From Candidatus Eiseniibacteriota bacterium (GTDB lineage Bacteria > Eisenbacteria > RBG-16-71-46 > CAIMUX01 > VGJL01): 64,000 nucleotides of DNA. Below are positions 39,763 to 49,558 of this stretch, in pieces. Each line of letters opens with the position of its first letter. The first letter of the stretch is position 1. A model generated the notes under the pieces. That model did no database searches. It was not told the DNA's origin and saw only the letters and a program-made list of their open reading frames with translations. The stretch spans positions 576,001 to 640,000 of the forward strand of contig CAWBWI010000003.1 of assembly GCA_963792585.1 (NCBI GenBank), in the 5' to 3' direction. A program made the position numbers and the translations under genes.

Positions 39763-40579
39763 CAACCTTCGGCGGATGCGGACGGCAGTGCGCAACGCGC
39801 TCGCAGCTGGAGGAGCGGAAGAACTCGAGGAGGAAGCTGATGCAATCATGGAGCATATCGCACGTATGGGATTCTTGGCGGAAGAACCGATGAGTGCACT
39901 CTTGAGTTCCTTGGCAGCCGGGGTATCTCCGTACCTGCTAACCGGCAAGTATCGTATTCGGGGGACAGATCATGTGATCCGTGTGGCACCGGGTGTGATG
40001 CCACCAGGTGGCGACACGTCGCATGTCACCGATATCCTCCGCGAATTCGTACGCAGCTCATCTCCGAGGCTGTTGGCGGACATCGGGTGCGGGACCGGAG
40101 TCTTGGGCATTTCGGGTTTGATCGCCGATCAGGGCTGTCTAGCTGTCCTAGTGGACTCAGACTTCACGGCCTGCCGCGCCGCTCACAGTAACCTTAGGTA
40201 CCTTGGGCTCTTGAGCCGTGCGCACGTCGTTTGTGCCACGGGGTTGGAGTCCCTTCGCTCGAACGTACTGGACTTACTGGTCGCCAATTTGCCATTCGTG
40301 CCCACTGCCTTGGTATCCTCCTTGCCGGCACGCTTCGGCCGATACGTCCCTTCTCACGCCGTGGATGGAGGCCCCGATGGACTGGCCCATATACGGCACC
40401 TACTGTCCCAGATCTGTAGGGTGGTTCGACCGGGCGGTAGACTGATCCTCCAAATCGGCACCGGTCAGAAGGGGGCTGTCGCCAACATGCTGGGCAGCTC
40501 GTGGCTGCAAGACCCGGCTTCGACGATCCAGCACGACACCTTGGTGGTGGCACACCGTGTAGGGAATCAGTTCTCATAA
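39743..40579 (+). CDS. PrmC/HemK-like SAM-dependent methyltransferase
   Basis: YLLTG, PGVMPP, DIGCGTG, ANLPFVP, AVDGGPDGL. Confidence 0.8.
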   Translation: MNSFGSNNLRRMRTAVRNALAAGGAEELEEEADAIMEHIARMGFLAEEPMSALLSSLAAGVSPYLLTGKYRIRGTDHVIRVAPGVMPPGGDTSHVTDILREFVRSSSPRLLADIGCGTGVLGISGLIADQGCLAVLVDSDFTACRAAHSNLRYLGLLSRAHVVCATGLESLRSNVLDLLVANLPFVPTALVSSLPARFGRYVPSHAVDGGPDGLAHIRHLLSQICRVVRPGGRLILQIGTGQKGAVANMLGSSWLQDPASTIQHDTLVVAHRVGNQFS

Positions 40580-40583
40580 TTCA

Positions 40584-41657
40584 ATGCAATCACACATGCA
40601 ATCAGGAGCTTCAGCAGCACTTCCCTTCGGCACACGTGCGAACGCCGCACGTCTTTCGGCCATTGTCTTGATTTTGTACGCCCGCAACAACGTTACCGGC
40701 GAGGAGCTGGCATCTAAGCTCGGCGTGACGCTTCGCACGGTTTATCGCGACGTAGCTCGCCTCGAGGGACTCGGGTTCCCCATAGCAGCCAGTCCAGGCC
40801 CTGGCGGTGGCTTCACTCTGGACTTCATGTCAGCAGAAGAAGGAGGCATCGCCACTGAACGAGACCTTCTCGATGTCTTCGCACGGACCGGGCTGACGGC
40901 TCCCGATAATGCGACCCTTGACGCAGTAATCGGAATGGCCGGCGATGCTATTACTGCGGCCGATTTGCAGAGTCTTCGCAATGCTGCAGATCGTATCCTC
41001 TTCGATCCAGAAGAGTGGTACAGGAGAACGAGACCTCCGGCGGACTTCGGGGTCGTTAGGCACGCCGTGCTGAACGATGTACGTCTTGACGTGGCATTCA
41101 CTGAGCGCACAGGGCCGGGACTTATCGAAGACGTGTTTGATCCCTACGGGCTTATTTGGAAGGGGGGGGTGTGGTACATCTACGGCTACAGTCATCGGGA
41201 ACGGGGGATGCGCCGGATTCGCGTTGAGCGGCTTGTTCGAGCACAGATGAGCGCTGAGCACTTTCGGCGGCCCAAGGACTTCGACTTGTTGCAGCAATGG
41301 CAAGAAGAGCTTGAGTCCTTCGGCAAAGGAACTACGCGCGTTGTCATTCGCATTGAGCAGTCCGTCGTGCCAGAATTCGAGCACTTCAATTGGAAGCGCG
41401 AGAACAAGATCATCAGGAAGCGGGACCATTGGCTCGTGGAAATGCGGGTCGACAATGTCGCATGGCTGGTGCCGCTCGTTCTATCATATGCCGGCGACGT
41501 CAGAATCCTCAGGCCTCCGGCACTCTGCGATCTCGTCCTCGCAGCTGCCCGGGCGGTTCTTGCCGCCCATTCTGGGGAACACGCCGGACCAAGCGGGAGC
41601 CATACCGACGATTCGCGTAGCCGCGCTGCCATTCATCGCCGTAGTCACCAGGAATGA
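40584..41657 (+). CDS. WYL-domain transcriptional regulator (HTH_11-WYL-WCX)
   Basis: ELASKLGVTLRTVYRDV, GPGGGF, DPYGLIWKGGVWYIYG, RVER, PKDFDL. Confidence 0.9.
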   Translation: MQSHMQSGASAALPFGTRANAARLSAIVLILYARNNVTGEELASKLGVTLRTVYRDVARLEGLGFPIAASPGPGGGFTLDFMSAEEGGIATERDLLDVFARTGLTAPDNATLDAVIGMAGDAITAADLQSLRNAADRILFDPEEWYRRTRPPADFGVVRHAVLNDVRLDVAFTERTGPGLIEDVFDPYGLIWKGGVWYIYGYSHRERGMRRIRVERLVRAQMSAEHFRRPKDFDLLQQWQEELESFGKGTTRVVIRIEQSVVPEFEHFNWKRENKIIRKRDHWLVEMRVDNVAWLVPLVLSYAGDVRILRPPALCDLVLAAARAVLAAHSGEHAGPSGSHTDDSRSRAAIHRRSHQE

Positions 41658-41723
41658 CCGGCTGCGCCGATCTCCCCATCGTTCGGGAAGGACTTTGTCA
41701 GCAACCTGCTAGAGGAATTGCAT

Positions 41724-42287
41724 ATGGTTACAGGCGAGTTCCATTCAGGCGAGCGCCTTTCGGTACTCCTCGCTGAGTACCAACGTGTGCGAGACGAGAT
41801 ATTGCACCACAAGTCGACACAACAGACGGTCATGAACTTCATCATCCTGCTCGCCGCGGCCGAGGTCGCGATGTTTTCTCAGATTGTGGAAAGAGGCTTC
41901 GACGCGCGGTATACGACGGTGCTATTGCTGCTGCCGTTGCCCTTCGCCCTGCTAGCGGTGTACCACTCTGCGTACACAGCGCGGATTCACGTACTCGCCG
42001 AGTACCTCGACGGTGACCTCCGGCATAAGCTCGAGCACATCGTAGGCGATGGGGCGCTGAGGGCCAAGTCGTACTATGCCACACGTAACGTTCTCGGCTT
42101 AAGGCACGCTCGATCGGACGGCAAAGCTACCTATCTCGCACTCTTGGGGCTGAAGAGTCTACCGCAGATCGTGCCTCTGGCCGCTTGCGTGACTCTGGGT
42201 GTGGAAGGTCTCTCTTGGTGGCAGTGGGCCTGGTTGTGTGGCGACGTTGCTCTACTGCTTGTGTCATCTCTGGGTCAACATGACTGA
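41724..42287 (+). CDS. Hypothetical 4-TM membrane protein
   Basis: EYQRVRDEI coiled N-terminus followed by hydrophobic helices. Confidence 0.7.
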   Translation: MVTGEFHSGERLSVLLAEYQRVRDEILHHKSTQQTVMNFIILLAAAEVAMFSQIVERGFDARYTTVLLLLPLPFALLAVYHSAYTARIHVLAEYLDGDLRHKLEHIVGDGALRAKSYYATRNVLGLRHARSDGKATYLALLGLKSLPQIVPLAACVTLGVEGLSWWQWAWLCGDVALLLVSSLGQHD

Positions 42288-42675
42288 AACACTTCGGAAG
42301 CATCGGGGGACCTGTGACATCGGACCAGACGAGCGTGGTTTGTCCGTTTCCTCTGTCGGCCTGGACTACTGCGGGGTGATGGTGGTTACGCGACTCCCCT
42401 CGAGGGACGAGGTGTTTCGACTCGTGAACGGACTTTCGCACCCACCGAACCTCTCCGCGCGCAGCCATACCGCGCAGTTCACCCTATCCACTCCACAATC
42501 ACGAAGCCCTTCTGCTCGGTCCACTTGACGCTGACAAGGTCCTTCGTTGGGGCGCTCGTGTCCCTGGGGTCATGAAAGATGAAAGAGGAGGTCGCGACGG
42601 TGCAGCAGTTGCTCCTCCGTTCCCCTGCCAAGATCACAGGTCGATCCCGGCCGTGAGGAGCCGTATTGCTACCCC

Positions 42676-43377
42676 TCACGCATCAGTATCGTCATCACCG
42701 GGCAGGAGTGCTACAAACCGCGCAATGAGCGCGATGGAGAGTATCACCCCTGTCACTGCCTCACTCGCAACGACTAGCCGCATTGTCCCAGTCGCAGCGA
42801 TATCTCCGAAGCCGACCGTAGTGATTGTAGCGACGCTAAAGTAAAGTGCATCAGCGGGCGTATGCACTGATCCGATCAAAGAGTCGCGGAACGCCCAATA
42901 CAAGAGTCCGTAGAGAAGCGTGATCTCCAGAAAACAGCCGACACCTAGGATCAGGCGCCGTGTGATTGAATACTGCTGGAGATTCTCCCGCGTCCCGTGG
43001 ACACGCCGAAAGAGAAGGAGATTCCCATAGACCTGGATCACCTCGACCATCCGACAGACCACCAGACCGAGTACAACTCGGGAAGTCACTCCAAGGGAGT
43101 AGGACAGTATCTCTAAGACCCAACAGCCGACCACGTAAGCGTCAGTGAACCAGACCTGAGCCACCCGCGATCTGCGGCCCAAGAATCGTTGAATGTGCGT
43201 AGCTAGCGACAGTTGTGCAAGGAACCAAAATGCACTTGTGAGGAGAGCTTCGAGTGGAGAGAGTGATCGATCGGCACGACGCACGACTAGCCTCCTGCCT
43301 ATGCGCGAGACACGAGATGACCAAACGGCGCAACAGCTGCCCGGCCATTCTAGCGTCGTACCAAGCAAGCTGGCCAC
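42676..43377 (-). CDS. Potassium-channel (Ion_trans_2) domain membrane protein
   Basis: DALYFSVATITTVGFGDI filter motif. Confidence 0.85.
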   Translation of the reverse strand: MASLLGTTLEWPGSCCAVWSSRVSRIGRRLVVRRADRSLSPLEALLTSAFWFLAQLSLATHIQRFLGRRSRVAQVWFTDAYVVGCWVLEILSYSLGVTSRVVLGLVVCRMVEVIQVYGNLLLFRRVHGTRENLQQYSITRRLILGVGCFLEITLLYGLLYWAFRDSLIGSVHTPADALYFSVATITTVGFGDIAATGTMRLVVASEAVTGVILSIALIARFVALLPGDDDTDA

Positions 43378-43588
43378 CAGGTAGTCCCTTGAATGGCCGG
43401 TGCAGCATTTGCCGGCACGTTGCGGGAGCGTTCCTGGCGGTCTCCCGAGTGGCGTCGCTACGGCGAGGATGCACGACCGAAGGGCGTTGCCCAGCGTGAG
43501 GACGAGGCTTCGCTCCGGGCTCGCGCCCTCCGTCCCACTATCGCGCAGCCCCCGGCCCAGCTACGACGCGCCGGTTCTCCTGATGAAT

Positions 43589-43910
43589 GGGTAACGTCAC
43601 TTGTTTTGTGTCAGCAGGAATGGGGTAGCTGCCCCCTCTCTCCTATTCGCATAGTTGAAAACGGCATACAGAATCCGTTCGATGCTCATTCGATCGCTGA
43701 ATGCTCCCATCGGACGGGTCCTGCGCCGCACCTCCCGGAATCGACGCTCGATTGCATTCGTCGTCCGGCTCATCCGCTGCCAGTCCGGCTCCTTCAGCTC
43801 GTAGTGGTTCAGCAACTCGTCAAGGTCCTTCATCAGGCATCGCACGGCCGCATGGTAGAGCTTGTCCCACTTCGCGCCGAATCGCATCGCCGCCTGGTCG
43901 GCCCTTTCTA
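43589..43910 (-). mobile_element. IS256-family remnant (transposase C-terminus + one terminal IR)
   Basis: RTTNAIERRFREVRRRTRPMGAF; end sequence GGTAACGTCACTTGTTTTGTGT. Confidence 0.8.
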
Positions 43911-43935
43911 GGATCATGGATCACCTGGACTAACG

Positions 43936-44436
43936 ATGTACTACGAGATCGGGACCTTTGCGAAACGCATTCTATCTCAGAAGTCAATTTGGAAGGATGG
44001 CGAGATTTGGACGGCGCTCGCTGGGGGCGTCGCATCTGTCACTTGGTTCTATTGCGACCTTGACGCAATCAGAAGAGTGCGAGGTCATTTCAGCGACCTG
44101 CTAAGCGTGACGAGCATCATTTTCGGATTCGTGCTGGCGGCGCTATTGTTCTATATCCAGGCAGCTACTGCTTGGGCGAAGGACTCAAAGGTCGCATCCG
44201 TGGCAGACAAGATCGTTGACCGGCATGTGTGGACCATCGTCTGCATGTTGCTCCTGATCGCGTCGTTGCTGGGGCTATGGTCGCTCGGATCATATCTTGG
44301 TGCGGGAAGGAAGCTCGACGCGGTCCTCTATGGTTGGCTCGCGTTTCAACTTCTGTATTGCGGGCTCCAAATCCTGAATCACACGATGACGGTCTGGTGG
44401 TCCTTCCGCTCACGGGGAACATTGAATCCAAAGTGA
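43936..44436 (+). CDS. Hypothetical 4-TM membrane protein
   Basis: LLSVTSIIFGFVLAAL and further hydrophobic helices; 5' end may be clipped by the IS remnant. Confidence 0.65.
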   Translation: MYYEIGTFAKRILSQKSIWKDGEIWTALAGGVASVTWFYCDLDAIRRVRGHFSDLLSVTSIIFGFVLAALLFYIQAATAWAKDSKVASVADKIVDRHVWTIVCMLLLIASLLGLWSLGSYLGAGRKLDAVLYGWLAFQLLYCGLQILNHTMTVWWSFRSRGTLNPK

Positions 44437-44695
44437 GCCAGTGGAATTTGTAGTCCGCATCGCCGTGGGCAAAAGCCACATCAAGTCGGCAGCGCCTCTC
44501 CCTCGCCTGACCTCATAAGATCGCGAACATAGGCATCTCCGTCCCCTCCGCCCGGGCCGTCCCGAATCCCTGACCTCCCTCCCCCTACGCCGATCCCTCC
44601 TCCCTCGATACCGTGACTCCTGGAGACTCGCTCTCCATCTCACCTGTTCCTTACACAACCCAACTCTCCCTGCATGGCAAAGGAGGACTGCTCCC

Positions 44696-45382
44696 ATGTC
44701 CGAGAATGGACTCATCCGCACGATCGAGATCAAGGACCGCACCGGCCGAGTGATCGGCACGAAGGAAGTCGTCACGTACCAGGGTCTTCTCTCCAAGGCC
44801 CACGATGAAGGCCTCCAGCGTGTCGCGACCCGCCTCGTCCAGGTTCCCTCGGACGAGAACGGCCGCACCGCGATCGCGAAGGCGCTCGTGGAGACGAAGA
44901 AGGGTCGGTTCGAGGGGATTGGCGATGCCAACCCCGAGAATGTGAACTCCTTCATCGTCCCGCACCTGATCCGCATGGCCGAGACCCGCGCGAAGGCCCG
45001 CGCCCTCCGCGATGCCGTCAATGTCGGCGTCATCTCCTTCGAGGAACTGGACGGCGACGGGGTTCTTCCCAACGGATCGGACCTCGGGTCGGGTGCTTCC
45101 GAGCCGGCTCGCAGCTCGCCCGGCAACGGCCGCACGAGTCCGCGTCCGGCTTCAGGGAATGGCAGTGGAAACGGCAACGGGGCCCTCATGACCGAGGCCC
45201 AGCGCCGCTACCTGTTCCGCATTCTGGCGGGGCAAGGCATCGACAACGAAGCTGCCCATGACTACCTGAAGGGCCACTTCGGGGTCCCTGCTCTCGCTCA
45301 GGTCACGAAGGCGCAGGCCACGGCTGCGATCGACGAACTCCTGAAAGGTGAGGAGGTCCCGCATGGATCCCCTCAGCGTTAG
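44696..45382 (+). CDS. Conserved hypothetical protein, putative ssDNA-annealing protein
   Basis: AGGAGG RBS; YQGLL..AH, RMAETRAKARALRDA; coupled to a PD-(D/E)XK nuclease. Confidence 0.7.
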   Translation: MSENGLIRTIEIKDRTGRVIGTKEVVTYQGLLSKAHDEGLQRVATRLVQVPSDENGRTAIAKALVETKKGRFEGIGDANPENVNSFIVPHLIRMAETRAKARALRDAVNVGVISFEELDGDGVLPNGSDLGSGASEPARSSPGNGRTSPRPASGNGSGNGNGALMTEAQRRYLFRILAGQGIDNEAAHDYLKGHFGVPALAQVTKAQATAAIDELLKGEEVPHGSPQR

Positions 45383-46124
45383 CCGGGTCCAGACCTACCT
45401 CGGTTGCCCGCTCCAGTACCGCTTCCGCTACATCGACAAGATCCCGCCCCCGTGGCGTCCGGCCGCCCTCGTCTTCGGCTCCACAGTGCATGCGACCATC
45501 GAGTGGTTCCACCGAGAACGCCTCGCCGGTCGCAACCCTACGCCCGAGGCAACGGCTGCCATCTTCAACGCCGACTGGTTCGCGGAGAACCTCGAGCCCG
45601 TGGTCTTTCCCGAGAAGGAGTCCAAGGACTCCCTTGCGGAGAAAGGCCGCGCCCTCGTCACCCTCTACGTGGAACAGATCGGCGAGACGTTGCCCAAGCT
45701 CATCGAGGACCGCTTCGAGATCGACTTGGTCGATCCCGAGACCGGGGAAGTGCTCGATGTGCGCCTCCGCGGGATCATCGATCTCGTTGAGGCCGACGGC
45801 ACGCTCGTGGAGCTCAAGACCGCGGCCCGGACCTTCGATACGGGCACGCTCGAACGGCACCTCCAGCTCTCCACGTATGCCTTGGTCCGCTTCCTCGCGA
45901 CGGGAGAAGTCCCACCGCTTCGGATCGACGCGCTCCTCAAGACCAAGGTCCCACGCCTCGAGCGCCTCCCGGCAAGCCGTACGGTCGAGGATCTCGCCTG
46001 GACCGTTCGGTTGATCGAGCGCGTGGCCCTGGCCATCCGCAGCGGCTGCTTCTACCCGAATCCCTCCTGGCGGTGTGGGGAGTGCGAGTACTTCGCACAC
46101 TGCCAGTCGTGGCGGGGGGAGTAG
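45363..46124 (+). CDS. PD-(D/E)XK nuclease (RecB/Cas4-like, Fe-S cysteines)
   Basis: YLGCP, FGSTVH, LRGIIDL, VELKT, QLSTY, CGECEYFAHC. Confidence 0.9.
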   Translation: MDPLSVSRVQTYLGCPLQYRFRYIDKIPPPWRPAALVFGSTVHATIEWFHRERLAGRNPTPEATAAIFNADWFAENLEPVVFPEKESKDSLAEKGRALVTLYVEQIGETLPKLIEDRFEIDLVDPETGEVLDVRLRGIIDLVEADGTLVELKTAARTFDTGTLERHLQLSTYALVRFLATGEVPPLRIDALLKTKVPRLERLPASRTVEDLAWTVRLIERVALAIRSGCFYPNPSWRCGECEYFAHCQSWRGE

Positions 46125-46143
46125 CCCGCTCCTCTCCAGCACC

Positions 46144-46171
46144 GGGGCTCTTCATCACGAGGAGCCCCTTT
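46144..46171 (+). terminator. Terminator-like hairpin
   Basis: GGGGCTCTTC-ATCAC-GAGGAGCCCC-TTT. Confidence 0.5.
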
Positions 46172-46230
46172 CCCTTCCCACCGGACACCTCGGACAAGGG
46201 CGCGTGCAACGTGCCCGTCATGGAGGAACC

Positions 46231-46884
46231 ATGCTTGAAACGGATGTTCCCCAGGGCATCACGCCCCAGGTCCACTGCCGTGAGGACTGCCGATCCTGGC
46301 CGGTGACGCGCCTCCTCGGCGCCGTGCTCTGCTCCGACCACGCGGCCGAGGCGCTCCTCACGAAGTTCGGTTCGCTCGACCTCATCGCCGATGCCGGATC
46401 CGCCGACCTCGTGTCGGTGCCGGGAATCGGGCGGCGTCGGGCCACGCAGGTCTTCGCAGCCTTCGAGCTGGCGCGCCGCGCTACCATCCCCCGGGCGGAG
46501 ACGAAGGTCGAGATCCGCTCGGCCGAGGATGTCGTCCGCCTCGTTGCCCCGGCCCTCCAGGACCTGAAGCGTGAGATGTTCGTTGTCCTGCTCCTGAACA
46601 CCCGGCACCGGCTCCTGAAGATGGAGACGGTGAGCCTGGGGAGTCTCAGCGCGTCCATCGTCCACCCGCGCGAAGTGTTCCGCTCCGCGATCCAGGCGGC
46701 CGCGGCCGCGATGATCCTCGCGCACAACCATCCCTCCGGGGACCCGCAACCGTCCGACGACGACATCGAGATCACCCTACGACTTCGGGACGCCGGCCAG
46801 ACGATCGGCATCAATGTCGTGGACCACGTCGTCATCGGTGGTAACGGAACCCACTACTCATTCCAGGAGAACGGGGGTTTCTGA
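46231..46884 (+). CDS. radC: RadC/JAB-domain protein
   Basis: VPGIG HhH, VHPREVF, LAHNHPSGD..PS..D, DHVVIG. Confidence 0.92.
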   Translation: MLETDVPQGITPQVHCREDCRSWPVTRLLGAVLCSDHAAEALLTKFGSLDLIADAGSADLVSVPGIGRRRATQVFAAFELARRATIPRAETKVEIRSAEDVVRLVAPALQDLKREMFVVLLLNTRHRLLKMETVSLGSLSASIVHPREVFRSAIQAAAAAMILAHNHPSGDPQPSDDDIEITLRLRDAGQTIGINVVDHVVIGGNGTHYSFQENGGF

Positions 46885-46910
46885 CCCTGTCTCTAGAGAG
46901 GAGTCCTGTC

Positions 46911-47639
46911 ATGTCCGGCATGCTTGTCCTGCACCGCGGCGGCTGGGAGGCGACGCCCGCCGACCTCGCCGCCGTTCCCGTGCCTGAAGAGACCGACTCG
47001 TACGTGCCGGTGCCCCATGGCCGCTTCGTCGAGGAGGTCGAACTCCACGTCCCACGCTTCGGCCTCACGATCACCGATGCCCGCTACGCGCTCGCTCACG
47101 ATGGAATGCAAATGTTTGGGGTCCTGACCTGCACGAACGGTCAGAACCACGCGGACTACGGGCTCGCCATCGGTCTCCGGAACTCCTACGACCGTTCACT
47201 GTCCGTGGGTCTCGTGGCGGGAAGCCGGATCTTCTGCTGCGACAACCTCGCCTTCTCGGGTGAGGTGGAGACCAACCGCAAGCACACGGTGAACGTGTTC
47301 CGGGATCTGCCCGATCTCATCTACCGCATGCTCTCGCAGGTTTCGTCGATGCGGAGCCGGATCCACGCGGAGATCGCGGCGATGAAGGAGCGGGAGCTGT
47401 CACCCGAGACGGCCGACCATCTCATGGTCGAGGCGGTTCGCAGGAACGTCCTTCCTGCTTCGAACCTTCCCAAGGTGATCGAGGCATGGGAGAAGCCGGC
47501 GCACGAGGCCTTCGCGCCCCGGACCGCCTGGTCGCTCTTCAACGCCTTCACGGAAACACAAAAGTCACGGAGTCCGCGTGTCCAGATGGACTCCGGGCTC
47601 CGGCTCGCCAGCACCTTCCGGAGCGCGCTCGCGCTCTGA
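46911..47639 (+). CDS. DUF932-family protein
   Basis: YVPVPH, MFG, GLRNSYDRS, FCCDNLAF, TAWSLFNAFTE. Confidence 0.85.
   Translation: MSGMLVLHRGGWEATPADLAAVPVPEETDSYVPVPHGRFVEEVELHVPRFGLTITDARYALAHDGMQMFGVLTCTNGQNHADYGLAIGLRNSYDRSLSVGLVAGSRIFCCDNLAFSGEVETNRKHTVNVFRDLPDLIYRMLSQVSSMRSRIHAEIAAMKERELSPETADHLMVEAVRRNVLPASNLPKVIEAWEKPAHEAFAPRTAWSLFNAFTETQKSRSPRVQMDSGLRLASTFRSALAL
47609..47639 (+). repeat. 31-bp direct repeat (DUF932 3' end), copy 1
   Basis: CAGCACCTTCCGGAGCGCGCTCGCGCTCTGA identical to 49370-49400. Confidence 0.9.
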
Positions 47640-47645
47640 TCCTCT

Positions 47646-47674
47646 AGGACCACCCCACACAGGGTGGTCCTTTT
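47646..47674 (+). terminator. Intrinsic terminator
   Basis: AGGACCACCC-N6-GGGTGGTCCT-TTT. Confidence 0.7.
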
Positions 47675-47791
47675 CCTCAGCTTCGAAGACGGCCCCCGAT
47701 ACGCCGGCTTGCGCTATCCTACTTGGCAGGGATGCACCACTTGTGGCCACCCCTATACCAACAGCGGAATGGGCCATCATGGAGGTCATGG

Positions 47792-49183
47792 GTGACTTCG
47801 ACGAGATTCAACCCCTTCGATAAGGACCTGAAGGACTTGCTTCCGGCCGATCTCGCTGTGCTGCGCACCATCTCGGAAGGTTGGTACGTCGAATACAAAC
47901 AGACCCTTATCGAGACCGAGCGCCTTGCTAGGTCCATCGCCTCGTTTGCAAATCAATACGGGGGATGGCTGTTTCTGGGCATCAAGCAGAGCGGCGACGG
48001 GCGCGACACGGCGGGCACATTCGTCGGCATTTCGTGTGATCAGATCCAGCTCGCGCGAACTGAATGCAGGAATGCTGTCCTTACGAAACTCTCTCCGGCC
48101 CCGTATTTCGATCTCAAGCTTCTCGAGGGACCGAGTGAGGAACTCGGACTACCGAGGGGCCGGGGCGTGCTGGTGCTCTCGATTCCCCAGGGGATGGATC
48201 CACCATACGTCCATAGCTCCGGCGTGATCTACCGACGTGTTGCCGACGGTTCTGACCCGAAGCCGGAGACTGACCGCCATGTTCTAGACATGCTCTGGAA
48301 ACGGCGCGGCGATTCACAGAAGCGCCTAGCCAGGCGATTCCACCGGCAACCGCCCCGTTCGAAGGCAGAGGCAGACCAGACCTACGTTCACCTCCACCTC
48401 CTTGCGGATCCCCTTGGCGACCGGGGCATCCGCTCCCGGATGACGTTCGAGACGTTTACGAAGCTAATGCAACAGCCGCCGGGGAACGAGGTGAACATGC
48501 CGTTCGACAACGTATTCCCGGCCACCGACGCATATGTGGCTAGACAGGTGCAGGGCAACCGGCCTTGGTCTCTCGTGCCGACGTGGAGATATGGTCGCGA
48601 CTGTTCGAGCGTGGTTACCCTTCCCCTCAATCAGGCTAAGGCTTACCACGAGAATGCGTTGGCGTTCTTGAGAGGCTATGCTCACGCTAGCCCACTGATC
48701 GAGCGGCTGCGATTCTCTGACTACGCACCTTGTCGGATACTCGATCTGAACTTCATGTGCGTAGGCCTGCAGTGCGCAATCATCCAGCATCGTGTCCTTG
48801 CCGCTGACGACGGCGTCTTCGGACCATTCTACTTCAGGGCGTTCATTGAGAGCACGTGGCGGCGGATTCCATTTTTGGATCTCGATTCCTATGTTGACTG
48901 GATCAAGGTGGCAGGAGTACCGGTCGTGCAAGACAGTGGGGCACTGGCACCCATGGGGACGGACTACGCCGGCATGGTGGCGCTCCCCGAGCGAACGGAT
49001 GGGTTCCTAGCGGCGGCCACGGCTGCGATTGATGCCCTGTTACCGTTCGTCGCAATTCTACGCGCCCTTGGCGTCCCGCCCGAGGTTCTGATCAATTCTG
49101 ATGGGGACTTCCTCCTACTTGTTGAGCATGCGAAGGAGGTGCAGAAGCTTCGCATGGCAGCGCAACGCACTTACGAGTCGTAA
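47792..49183 (+). CDS. AlbA_2/Schlafen-domain protein
   Basis: SEGWYVEYK, IASFANQYGGWLFLGI, PPYVHSSGVIYRR; GGAGG RBS before GTG at 47792. Confidence 0.85.
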   Translation: MTSTRFNPFDKDLKDLLPADLAVLRTISEGWYVEYKQTLIETERLARSIASFANQYGGWLFLGIKQSGDGRDTAGTFVGISCDQIQLARTECRNAVLTKLSPAPYFDLKLLEGPSEELGLPRGRGVLVLSIPQGMDPPYVHSSGVIYRRVADGSDPKPETDRHVLDMLWKRRGDSQKRLARRFHRQPPRSKAEADQTYVHLHLLADPLGDRGIRSRMTFETFTKLMQQPPGNEVNMPFDNVFPATDAYVARQVQGNRPWSLVPTWRYGRDCSSVVTLPLNQAKAYHENALAFLRGYAHASPLIERLRFSDYAPCRILDLNFMCVGLQCAIIQHRVLAADDGVFGPFYFRAFIESTWRRIPFLDLDSYVDWIKVAGVPVVQDSGALAPMGTDYAGMVALPERTDGFLAAATAAIDALLPFVAILRALGVPPEVLINSDGDFLLLVEHAKEVQKLRMAAQRTYES

Positions 49184-49369
49184 TGGGTCTACTTCCGTCG
49201 GGTGGCTGGCGTAATTGCGGCTTCCCTGATTCAGGTTGGAACTCGGTCGAGGGGTAGTAGAGGCTGGAAATTGCTGCTTCCCACGCAGTGCAGATCATCG
49301 AGTCTGCATTCACGGAATTCCAATTGTCGGAGAGTCCGGGAGTGGGATGAAACTGGGGCTCCGCTTGAG

Positions 49370-49400
49370 CAGCACCTTCCGGAGCGCGCTCGCGCTCTGA
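49370..49400 (+). repeat. 31-bp direct repeat (DUF932 3' end), copy 2
   Basis: Identical to 47609-47639; followed by its own hairpin GAGGCCGT..ACGGCCTC. Confidence 0.9.
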
Positions 49401-49558
49401 ATCCACCACGCGAGGCCGTGCTTAATTGAACGGCCTCTCTTCGTGCGGGGCTCTCGGTCGGCGGACGAGTCTTGGCGCAACCATCACCCGGCCCGCGTTC
49501 TTGCACGCGGCGTCCGTCGGAGCTACACTGATCTGCGCAAGACCTAATCGATACCACG

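Noticed and set aside
43390..43585. Structured ncRNA or oriT-like segment
   Set aside because: GC-rich non-coding stretch with no recognisable motif or repeat partner
45363..46124. Cas4 / CRISPR-Cas locus
   Set aside because: No cas1/cas2 and no repeat-spacer array seen; context is a radC/DUF932 element backbone
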